A program made the position numbers and the translations under genes. From Macrostomum lignano (lineage: Eukaryota), in assembly GCA_002269645.1 (NCBI GenBank), contig NIVC01000013.1:496001-560000 (forward strand): a DNA stretch of 64,000 bases. The letters are read 5' to 3'. Shown here piece after piece: positions 33,101 to 43,870 of the stretch; the stretch's first letter is position 1, and each line of letters begins with the position of its first letter. The notes under the pieces are model-generated. The model was not told the DNA's origin. It did not search any database and worked only from the letters and a program-made list of their open reading frames with translations.

Positions 33101-33367
33101 AAAGACTCCGAGCAGGACCTGCAGCGCCGGGCGGACCAGATGCGGCGCCAGCTGGAGCAGCAGGAGGCCGAACTAGCCGAGCGCAGGCGCCAATTCGAAG
33201 CCGAGAAGCAGGCCTGGGAGGCCTCGTTCGGCAATCATCAGGCCGACGGCGGCGCGTCAGATCCTCGCCGGCAGAGCCTGGAACCGCAGCGGCAGCCGTC
33301 GCCTCAGCTGAACGATGCGGCCAGCAAGGAGAAGAGCAAGACTAAGCGGTTGCCGTTTTTCAGGTGA
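30107..33367 (+). CDS. SEPT7: Septin, SEPT7/peanut group; exons 30107-30688, 31034-31620, 32213-32363, 33077-33367 (1611 nt, ~536 aa)
   Basis: [22 protein letters not shown]1 [10 protein letters not shown]3 DTPGFGD, G4 AKAD, septin-unique element [18 protein letters not shown], and a C-terminal coiled coil EMEAVFEMK|[24 protein letters not shown] and this coil match my recollection of SEPT7. Intron phases 0, 2, 0 are consistent. Confidence 0.92.
30755..31005. repeat. 23-bp repeat GAGAATCGCCTCTAATTGGGGGT in septin intron 1
   Basis: About 11 copies. Confidence 0.92.
31660..32100. repeat. C-rich ~23-bp repeat CCCCTTTCCACCCCTCCCCTACA in septin intron 2
   Basis: Direct reading; G-tract-rich on the minus strand. 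Confidence 0.88.
32410..33040. repeat. 17-bp repeat CTATAGTCACTCTCACC in septin intron 3
   Basis: About 36 copies. Confidence 0.95.
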
Positions 33368-33524
33368 TTTTTATAGTTAAGCGTTGAATTTTGTTACATC
33401 TCTCTTCAATGATTAGTTTACTAGTACTTTATGTACTGTAATTATTTGATATCATTTAATAGCGTCCAGGCAATTTGAAATTAAATGAAGTTCGGTTACT
33501 TTGTGTATGCTATTATCGTTAACA

Positions 33525-33995
33525 TTTTTTCAAAGGTCAATTAAGGTCAAACCATGGGTCAATAAGGTCAAACCTAGATTTGATCAAGGTCAAACCAGTC
33601 AACTGTCTTAGGGTCAATCAAGGTCAAGCCTATCAACTGGCTTAGAGTTAATTAAGGTCAAACCTAGGGTCAATTAGGATCAAATCTTGGGTCAATCAAG
33701 GTCAAACCAATCAGCTGGGTTAGGGTCAATCAAGGTCAAGCCTATCAACTGGCTTAGAGTTAATTAAGGTCAAACCTAGGATCAATTAGGATCAAATCTT
33801 GAGTCAATCAAGGTCAAAACAATCAGCTGGGGTCAAAACAATCAGCTGGGTTAGGGTCAATCGAGGTCAAACCTATCAACTGGATTAGATTAGAATTAAT
33901 TAAAAATAAACTATCCACTGTTAAAGTTCTTCTAACTGGCTCAGGTTTATTTAGGGTCAACACTCGACAGCTGATTTCGGGTCATTCAAGGTCAA
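33525..33995. repeat. Degenerate GGTCAA-based repeat downstream of the septin stop
   Basis: GGGTCAATCAAGGTCAA blocks, with a ~112-bp internal duplication around 33610-33830. Confidence 0.8.
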
Positions 33996-34634
33996 GCGTG
34001 TCATCCTGTAATTTTGTGCATTTTATTATCAAATTTATCAGCTGATCTTGAATTCTTTGAGTTTCAAGGATTTTAAGGTCAAACTAGTCAAGTCAGTGAA
34101 ACCGACTCACAATTTAACAGCTATCAATGATTCTAAGGAATTCACTTTTTTCTTTTCTTTTGATATCCAGCGAATTCTGTATACAGGAACATGAACTCTA
34201 TAGTCTACTACTGCTGATCATATATAAATTGCTTCTCTGGTCCTACTATACTACTTATAATATTCTATCCGCATGTTAAAGTTTGCCTGCTCTAAAAATA
34301 TATTTTGTTACAATTTTGCCCAAAATCAAATCATTGTTTTTTGTTCTCTTTTACGCAAGCTGCTCTTCCAATCATTTATGGTTTTTTTTGTTGAACACTG
34401 AGTAAATATTGATATTGAGCAATTTTGGTATGTAAGGAGGTTTATAATGTTCATTTTTGCTCCTTTCCCGTGAAATTCTAAAGTTATTTTTAATGTATCT
34501 TTTATTAGTCGAGTCGCTTGTTGCGAAATTAGGGGAGAATTATCCCCCAATTAGGATATTTGTTAAGTCGCTTTAAGTGTGCTTTGTTGTACCAGTTACT
34601 CGGTGAATTGCTTTTTGCTTTCTGCTTTTGTGTC

Positions 34635-35245
34635 TAACAGGTGGGTAGCTGTGTCTAACAAGTGGGTAGTTGTGTCTAACAGGTGGGTAGTTGTGTCTAA
34701 CAGTTAGGTAGTTGTGTCGAACAGGTGGGTAGTTGTGTCTAACAGTTAGGTAGTTGTGTCTAACAGATGGATTATGTGTCGAACAGGTGGGTAGTTGTGT
34801 CTAACAGGTGGGTAGTTGTGTCTAACAGTTAGGTAGTTGTGTCTAACAGTTAGTTAGTTGTGTCTAACAGTTAGGTAGTTGTGTCTAACAGATGGATTAT
34901 GTGTCGAACAGGTGGGTAGTTGTGTCTAACAGGTGGGTAGTTGTGTCTAACAGGTGGGTAGTTGTGTCTAACAGATGGATTATGTGTCGAACAGGTGGGT
35001 ACTTGTGTCTAACAGGTGGGTAGTTGTGTCTAACAGGTGGATAATTGTGTCGAACAGGTGGGTAGTTGTGTCTAACAGGTGGATAATTGTGTCTAACAGG
35101 TGGGTAGTTGTGTCTAACAGGTGGGTAGTTGTGTCTAACAGGTGGATAATTGTGTCGAACAGGTGGATAGTTGTATCTAACAGGTGGGTAGTTGTGTCTA
35201 TCAGGTGGGTAGTTGTGTCTAACAGGTGGGTAGTTGTGTCTGACA
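34635..35245. repeat. 21-bp minisatellite TAACAGGTGGGTAGTTGTGTC
   Basis: About 28 copies. Confidence 0.95.
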
Positions 35246-36034
35246 CAATGAATAACACCAATGCAGTCCTACGTTGGATGATAATACTTGCCACAAAAAC
35301 TTGCTTTAATTTAACTTTTATTATGCAAATTCTTTTGATTGAAACATTTCAAGTCACTTTGTGCAAATATTTTCACTTGCAACCCAGTAGTGACTGCTGG
35401 ATATTGCTGGATTTTTTCGATTAATAAAATCTATCAACAGTTTTGAAGTGACCAATATTTCTATCGCGCATTGTTTTAATTTGGGGGCCAATTATTATAG
35501 CCGATATCATTTTTCATTCAATTTTTATTGACCGCAATCAATCATTTAGAAGCATGTTAATCAAGTTTATTTTTTATAGTTTTTTTTCACAAAAATTTGA
35601 GCTGAAATTAAAAAAAATAATTTCCGATGATAAAACGCGCTGCTTGTCTACTTGTAAGTAGTGTACTGTTGGCGTTCTTAATGCTGGTATATACAGACTC
35701 TATCTGAGTTATACAGACTCTGTGCATTAGTTAATGAAAAAACATTCTGCCACCCTTTTGCCTACGTGGTTACCTATTTGTAACGGAATGCAGATATGTA
35801 ATTGTACCGTAAAGCATATAGTATATGCACGTGTTTTATAATAGCAATAAAATTGTGCAATTCATGCGGAAATTGCTTTAATTTGTTAGTACCCAATTGT
35901 ATCGGATATAAATACAATGCAAATATCTTTACTCTGTTGCCAGCGCGCGGTTTAACTGTTTTAAAAATCATTTGCGCAAACAGAGCATTATAGATTTTTT
36001 AAATATTTCTTTGTGATTTACCTTGTAGTGTCCG

Positions 36035-38215
36035 TGTGAACTGGCTATGTGACAGGTGAACTGGCTGTGTGACAGGTGAACTGCTGTGAACTGGCTGTGT
36101 GACAGGTGAACTGGCTGTGTGACAGGTAAACTGGCTGTGTGACAGGTGAACTGGCTGTGTGACAGGTGAACTGGCTGTGTGACAGGTGAACTGGCTGTGT
36201 GACAGGTGAACTGGCTGTGTGACAGGTGAACGGGCTGTGTGACAGGTGAACTGGCTGTGTGACAGGTGAACTGGCTGTGTGACAGGTAAACTGGCTGTGT
36301 GACAGGTGAACTGGCTGTGTGACAGGTGAACTGGCTGTGGGACAGGTGAACTGGCTGTGGGACAGGTGAACTGGCTGTGTGACAGGTGAACTGGCTGTGT
36401 GACAGGTGAACTGCTGTGTGACAGGTGAACTGGCTGTGTGACAGGTGAACTGGCTGTGTGACAGTTGAACTGGCTGTGTGACAGGTGAACTGGCTGTGTG
36501 ACAGGTGAACGGGCTGTGTGACAGGTGAACTGCTGTGTGACAGGTGAACTGCTGTGTGACAGGTGAACTGCTGTGTGACAGGTGAACTGCTGTGGGACAG
36601 GTGAACTGCTGTGAACTGTCTGTGTGACAGGTGAACTGCTGTGGGACAGGTGAACTGCTGTGAACTGGCTGTGTGACAGGTGAACTGCTGTGAACTGGCT
36701 GTGGGACAGGTGAACTGGCTGTGTGACAGGTGAACTGCTGTGTGACAGGTGAACTGGCTGTGTGACATGTGAACTGGCTGTGTGACAGGTGAACTGGCTG
36801 TGTGACAGGTGAACGGGCTGTGTGACAGGTGAACTGCTGTGTGACAGGTGAACTGCTGTGTGACAGGTGAACTGCTGTGTGACAGGTAAACTGGCTGTGT
36901 GACAGGTGAACTGCTGTGAACTGGCTGTGTGACAGGTGAACTGCTGTGAACTGGCTGTGTGACAGGTGAACTGGCTGTGTGACAGGTAAACTGGCTGTGT
37001 GACAGGTGAACTGGCTGTGTGACAGGTGAACTGGCTGTGTGACAGGTGAACTGGCTGTGTGACAGGTGAACTGGCTGTGTGACAGGTGAACGGGCTGTGT
37101 GACAGGTGAACTGGCTGTGTGACAGGTGAACTGGCTGTGTGACAGGTAAACTGGCTGTGTGACAGGTGAACTGCTGTGAACTGGCTGTGGGACAGGTGAA
37201 CTGGCTGTGGGACAGGTGAACTGGCTGTGTGACAGGTGAACTGGCTGTGTGACAGGTGAACTGCTGTGTGACAGGTGAACTGGCTGTGTGACAGGTGAAC
37301 TGGCTGTGTGACAGTTGAACTGGCTGTGTGACAGGTGAACTGGCTGTGTGACAGGTGAACGGGCTGTGTGACAGGTGAACTGCTGTGTGACAGGTGAACT
37401 GCTGTGTGACAGGTGAACTGCTGTGTGACAGGTGAACTGCTGTGGGACAGGTGAACTGCTGTGAACTGTCTGTGTGACAGGTGAACTGCTGTGGGACAGG
37501 TGAACTGCTGTGAACTGGCTGTGTGACAGGTGAACTGCTGTGAACTGGCTGTGGGACAGGTGAACTGGCTGTGTGACAGGTGAACTGCTGTGTGACAGGT
37601 GAACTGGCTGTGTGACATGTGAACTGGCTGTGTGACAGGTGAACTGGCTGTGTGACAGGTGAACGGGCTGTGTGACAGGTGAACTGCTGTGTGACAGGTG
37701 AACTGCTGTGTGACAGGTGAACTGCTGTGTGACAGGTAAACTGGCTGTGTGACAGGTGAACTGCTGTGAACTGGCTGTGTGACAGGTGAACTGGCTGTGT
37801 GACAGGTGAACTGGCTGTGTGACAGGTGAACTGGCTGTGTGACAGGTGAACTGCTGTGTGACAGGTGAACTGCTGTGGGACAGGTGAACTGCTGTGAACT
37901 GGCTGTGTGACAGGTGAACTGCTGTGGGACAGGTGAACTGCTGTGAACTGGCTGTGGGACAGGTGAACTGGCTGTGTGACAGGTGAACTGCTGTGTGACA
38001 GGTGAACTGGCTGTGTGACATGTGAACTGGCTGTGTGGCAGGTGAACTGCTGTGGGACAGGTGAACTGCTGTGGGACAGGTGAACTGCTGTGGGACAGGT
38101 GAACTGGCTGTGTGACAGGTGAACTGCTGTGGGACAGGTGAACTGCTGTGAACTGCTGTGTGACAGGGGAACTGGCTGTGTGACAGGTGAACTGCTGTGA
38201 ACTGCTGTGTGACGG
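36035..38215. repeat. 19/20-bp minisatellite GTGACAGGTGAACTGGCTGT with an internal 850-bp duplication
   Basis: Over 100 units; rare variants recur exactly 850 nt apart. Confidence 0.96.
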
Positions 38216-40840
38216 AAACTATCTGTATATAACAGGGAAACAACTGCATATATCACGGAAAATATCTGCATATAACAGGTAAACTATCTGCCTATAACAG
38301 GGAAACTATCTGTATATAACAGGGAAACTATCTGCATATAACAGGGAAAATATCTGCATATAACAGGGAAAATATCTGCATATAACAGGGAAAATATCTG
38401 CAAAAAACAGGGAAAATATCTGCATATAACAGGGAAAATATCTGCATATAACAGGGAAAATATCTGTATATAACAGGGAAACTATCTGCATATAACAGGG
38501 AAAATATCTGCATATAACAGGGAAAATATCTGCATATAACAGGGAAAATATCTGCAAAAAACAGGGAAAATATCTGCATATAACAGGGAAAATATCTGCA
38601 AAAAACAGGGAAAATATCTGCATATAACAGGGAAAATATTGATGGGTTTCGACCTTCCGGCCCCCTTGTGGGGAAGCCTTCGGGCCTCAGGCTCAGAAAT
38701 AAATCAATTAGAGTCCTGGCCCCCCACTCCTGTCAGATGGTCAGCCCCATGGTAGCTTGATCGTGTGGCGAGCAGTCTAGGTCCTATAGCTAAGAGAGGG
38801 ACAGCGAGAGACAAGCAGGGAGAATTTTGAAGGTAGAGATCAGCTAATCCGCAGATTAACTAACCTGCTGCCACCAGCCCGTGCGTCCTGGCTCACCAAA
38901 CCGGGACTTTCGAAATCGGGCTTCCGACTAGAGGGGGCTTAGCACTTACATGTACCTGCCAACTAGTGTCTTTTTGCTGTCAATCTCGAATTCATAGCCG
39001 ATGATAAGGGACACTGCTGGGACTCGATCGCATTGGCCATGCAGGTACAGAGGGGACTTGTGCAGGGGGTTCTTGCAGTGGCGAGACTATGGGGTAGCTA
39101 CATACTATTACATTGCTAAATACGAGAAATGTACTTTTGGCCTTCAACGCGCCAACCAGCCTCTCCTAGCGCTGATGATAGACTAACTCGAACATCGGAG
39201 ACCGCATGATTCATTACCCGAGCCGCTTGGCGAACCTAGACTGCACAGAGTACATCTCTAGCGCTGATTTTGCACTATTGGCAATTTCGCTAACTGATTT
39301 CATAGATTGATCGACTGAGAACTGCCTTGCCATTGGTCCACTGTGACCGGCACCTACTAGCTTAGCTCCTCATCTGAGCCATCGGAGAGCAAAGAAATAA
39401 AACCGATAAAAATAACTGTTAGATTTAACCTTCTCCTTAGTTCACTTCACACTTCAGACTGAATTGGAGTTTTAGACTACTAACAGTATTATTAAGTGAT
39501 TTCTGCCTCAGTAACAGCACTACTGAACAAAATGAGCAAAAGTGTGCGCCTAATCCAGCTACTGAAACAGGGACAGATAAGGAATCACCCAATCAAGCAA
39601 GTCTAGGTAGCCTCTCACCCAACCAATCAGAAACTCAACAGCCGGAGACCAGGTAATCCACAGTGACCGAAGCGGCTTAGTGCTTCGCAGCTGTAGGCCC
39701 GGGATGATGCTGATGTCACAATCTTCGCAGATAGCTAGCAGGTGATGTTCTTAATCTTGATGTTCGCTGCTGACGACCGGGGGATTCATCCTTGATGATG
39801 ATGGGGGAGTCGCGATCCGGGGATCAAGAGACGACGGTCGCGAGTAGCAGCCGGGTGTCAGGTGACCGGCCAAGTTGAAGTCCGAGCGGGACAAAAGCGC
39901 CGGTTTTTATAGCCGCCAACTGGACTGCAATTTGTTATGATGGAACACCTCGATTCTGATTGGCTGAGCCGATTTGTTATAGCGCACGTCGAATTTTCTG
40001 ATTGGCTGAGCTTGTTTCCACCCAAAGTCACGTGACCAAGAGATCCTATCAGTTCCCTCGGGGCCATAAAAATACGACAGGTGCGGTCATAAATCACTCA
40101 AAACCGCTAACTAATGATTTATGACCTTTCGCGTAGGAATGACAAAAATTAATGAAAAAATATACACTAGAAAGCTCTTATTAAGTAGAAAGTGAAGATA
40201 ATGAAGAGAAATCGCTAATCGCTAATCCCAAAGTACTTTTAGGGGTAAAACGCATAGCTGTCAAAGCTGTCACACGCTTGAGTGAACACGAACAATAAGC
40301 CCTGACCTCATAAATCTTGATGGCCTGGCAAAATGATGAGAAAAAAGCCATCATTCGCATCCCCTCAGACCATCTGGCGCCCGCCTCGACACTGAGTGAG
40401 GTGCAGGTGGCTGTCAGACCAGCTCAGACGCTATGATTTATGACCCAAAAGCAGCAAAAAACCGCGCCTATGTTATTATAACTACAAGTATGGCAGATTA
40501 ATATAGCTACAGAAGTCCTACTAGTATGAATTCTAGAAAAATTACAAGAGGGAGAAAAACGCCTATAGCCTGCTGTTAGTAGGCTAGCAAGTTTGGAACC
40601 CATGTGCGAGCGTGAAATTTGGAAAAAAAAGTGCGTCCTCATCAATATCTGCATATAACAGGTAAACTATCTGTATATAACAGGTAAACTATCTGTATAT
40701 AACAGGTAAACATCTGCATTTAACAGGTAAACTATCTGTATATAACAGGTAAACTATCTGTATACAACAGGTAAACTATCTGTATATAACAGGTAAACTA
40801 TCTGCATACAACAGGTAAACTATCTGCATATAACGGGTAA
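38216..40840. repeat. 22-bp minisatellite ATATCTGCATATAACAGG(G/T)AAA, split into 38216-38639 and 40645-40840 by an insertion
   Basis: Removing 38640-40644 plus one ATAT restores an intact repeat unit. Confidence 0.93.
38640..40644. mobile_element. 2005-bp solo-LTR-like insertion (TG...CA ends, 4-bp ATAT TSD)
   Basis: Begins TGATGGG and ends CCTCATCA (imperfect inverted ends). ATAT at 38636-38639 and 40645-40648. No long ORF or internal direct repeat. Minus-strand CCAAT boxes (~40000, ~39960) followed by CTATAAAAA (39912-39904). Insertion boundaries are solid; the solo-LTR class is inferred. Confidence 0.75.
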
Positions 40841-41423
40841 ATGCCTATAATCCACCGGTTTTCCCAACGTCTTCAGTCAAAGAGATTCTCTTAAGTGTTT
40901 ACCATGTCTTTGCAGCACATAAATATGACACCAGGGACATCAATCAAATTCCGTTGCAGCATTAGCTGAATATTGACAGGTAGATTGAATGTATTTGTCA
41001 CATTGCGAATCTACTTGTTGAACACTTTATTCTCTGCCTATATTCACTTCAGACATTTGGGCCACTTGCATTTGTTTGAATCAGCTTCTTCATTGACAGC
41101 AAGAGAGCTTTATTTAATTGCTACTCAAACGCAAAGCCATCGGGCTTGTTTGCCAAAAAATTAAGGAGCTGTTTTGGATGGGGTTGAATTAGGAGTTTGC
41201 TGAATTGCAATCAATAGTGCACTCACACATGCTTAACGGATAATATCAATGAATTGATTGCTTCTTACTTGGCAAAAGCATACTCGGTTTTTAGTTAAAA
41301 TACAGTATGCTGAATTCCTGAAACCAAAAATGCAGAACCCAGAAAGAGAACTGAGTTATGACTTAGGGTTGCTCTCAGCATGGATCTCTCAGGGGGTCAT
41401 CCCAGTCATCAGGGTCACGATCA

Positions 41424-42746
41424 GCTGGCGCCCCCTCTGTAGCTGGCGCCCCCTCTGTAGCTGGCGCCCCCTCTGTAGCTGGCGCCCCCTCTGTAGCTGG
41501 CGCCCCCTCTGTAGCTGGCGCCCCCTCTGTAGCTGGCGCCCCCTCTGTAGCTGGCGCCCCCTCTGTAGCTGGCGCCCCCTCCTGTAGCTGGCGCCCCCTC
41601 TGTAGGTGGCGCCCCCTCTGTAGCTGGCGCCCCCTCTGTAGGAGGCACCCCCTCTGTAGCTGGCGCCCCCTCTGTAGCTGGCGCCCCCTCTGTAGCTGGC
41701 GCCCCCTCCTGTAGCTGGCGCCCCCTCTGTAGCTGGCGCCCCCTCTGTAGCTGGCGCCCCCTCTGTAGCTGGCGCCCCCTCTGTAGGTGGTACCCCCTCT
41801 GTAGCTGGCGCCCCCTCTGTAGCTGGCGCCCCCTCTGTAGGTGGTACCCCCTCTGTAGCTGGCACCCCCTCTGTAGCTGGCGCCCCCTCTGTAGCTGGCG
41901 CCCCCTCTGTAGCTGGCGCCCCCTCTGTAGCTGGCGCCCCCTCTGTAGCTGGCGCCCCCTCTGTAGCTGGCGCCCCCTCTGTAGGTGGTACCCCCTCTGT
42001 AGCTGGCACCCCCTCTGTAGCTGGCGCCCCCTCTGTAGCTGGCGCCCCCTCTGTAGCTGGCGCCCCCTCTGTAGGTGGCACCCCCTCTGTAGCTGGCGCC
42101 CCCTCTGTAGCTGGCGCCCCCTCTGTAGCTGGCGCCCCCTCTGTAGCTGGCGCCCCCTCTGTAGCTGGCGCCCCCTCTGTAGCTGGCGCCCCCTCTGTAG
42201 CTGGCGCCCCCTCTGTAGCTGGCGCCCCCTCTGTAGCTGGCGCCCCCTCTGTAGGTGGCACCCCCTCTGTAGCTGGCGCCCCCTCTGTAGCTGGCGCCCC
42301 CTCTGTAGCTGGCGCCCCCTCTGTAGCTGGCGCCCCCTCTGTAGCTGGCGCCCCCTCTGTAGCTGGCGCCCCCTCTGTAGCTGGCGCCCCCTCCTGTAGC
42401 TGGCGCCCCCTCTGTAGCTGGCGCCCCCTCTGTAGGTGGCGCCCCCTCTGTAGCTGGCGCCCCCTCTGTAGCTGGCGCCCCCTCTGTAGCTGGCGCCCCA
42501 CTTTGTAGCTGGCGCCCCTCTGTAGCTGGCGCCCCACTTTGTAGCTGGCGCCCCCCTCTGTAGCTGGCGCCCCCTCTGTAGCTGGCGCCCCCTCCTGTAG
42601 CTGGCGCCCCCTCTGTAGCTGGCGCCCCCTCTGTAGCTGGCGCCCCCTCTGTAGCTGGCGCCCCCTCTGTAGCTGGCGCCCCCTCTGTAGCTGGCGCCCC
42701 CTCTGTAGCTGGCACCCCTCTGTAGCTGGCGCCCCCTCTGTAGCTG
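41424..42746. repeat. 18-bp GC-rich minisatellite CTGGCGCCCCCTCTGTAG
   Basis: About 73 copies. Confidence 0.97.
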
Positions 42747-43224
42747 AATGGCAGAAAATTTCTGTGGACCCCTTCAGAATTCTTAGACAACATCATCACA
42801 GCGTCAGTTCCAGAACTTTCCGCTCTCTGGGACTCGCGTACCAGTCCTCCGTTCGGATGGAGCAGAATAGCTAGTTGTAAAAAACTTATCAAGCAGGGGT
42901 TTTTTTAGTTTTAACGCTCCAGCCTTGAAAGAATGGCGTTCAATATTATTAATAATAAATCTAAACGTAGATCCATAAACGGCAAAATTCAGATGCAGGA
43001 TGTGTCTGCATCTGTGCAACCAGGCTATTGTCTTGAAGTGGCTGCAATCAGTGCCACTGGCTTCACAAGCGGGATCTTCTTCAGAAATTCAGAAATGTTT
43101 TACCTCACGTTGGAGCAAAATGTATAGCCCCTAATTACCGGTATAACAAATTTCGTCAGGGAAGATTTCCAATATGAGATACCATGAGACATTTGCAATC
43201 AGACTGAGATTCCCAGTGAGAGAG

Positions 43225-43650
43225 ATTTCCAATATGAGAGATTTCCAATATGAGAGATTTCCAATATGAGAGATTTCCAATATGAGAGATTTCCAATATG
43301 AGAGATTTCCAATATGAGAGATTTCCAATATGAGAGATTTCCAATATGAGAGATTTCCAATATGAGAGATTTCCAATATGAGAGATTTCCAATATGAGAG
43401 ATTTCCATTATGAGAGATTTCCAATATGAGAGATTTCCAATATGAGAGATTTCCAATATGAGAGATTTCCAATATGAGAGATTTCCATTATGAGAGATTT
43501 CCAATATGAGAGATTTCCAATATGAGAGATTTCCAATATGAGAGATTTTCAAAATGAGAGATTTCCAATGTGAGAGATTTTCAATATGAGAGATTTCCAA
43601 TGTGAGAGATTTTCAATATGAGAGATTTCCAATATGAGAGATTTCCAGCC
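43225..43650. repeat. 16-bp repeat GAGAGATTTCCAATAT just upstream of the DEG/ENaC gene
   Basis: About 26 copies. Confidence 0.95.
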
Positions 43651-43870
43651 TGAGAGAGATTATCAACTTGAGAGAGCTTTCAGAGATTTCTTTGAGAGAG
43701 ATCTAAGAGAGTTCCAACCCGAGGGATTTTAGCCAGTTAAAGCCCAATTAAACAGAGCGTGTTCAGATCCAATGAAATGATTTTTACCAATAGCATAACT
43801 TGGTTGTTACTTATAATTAACTAATGACGAACTTCCTTGCTTTTCAAAATCCTGTAGCCACACAGCCGCC

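Noticed and set aside
41424-42746. AGGGGGCGC on the minus strand as an array of CTCF sites
   Set aside because: Only the 3' half of the CTCF motif matches (the CCAC/CCGC part is missing), and CTCF is reported absent from flatworms if the organism inference is right.
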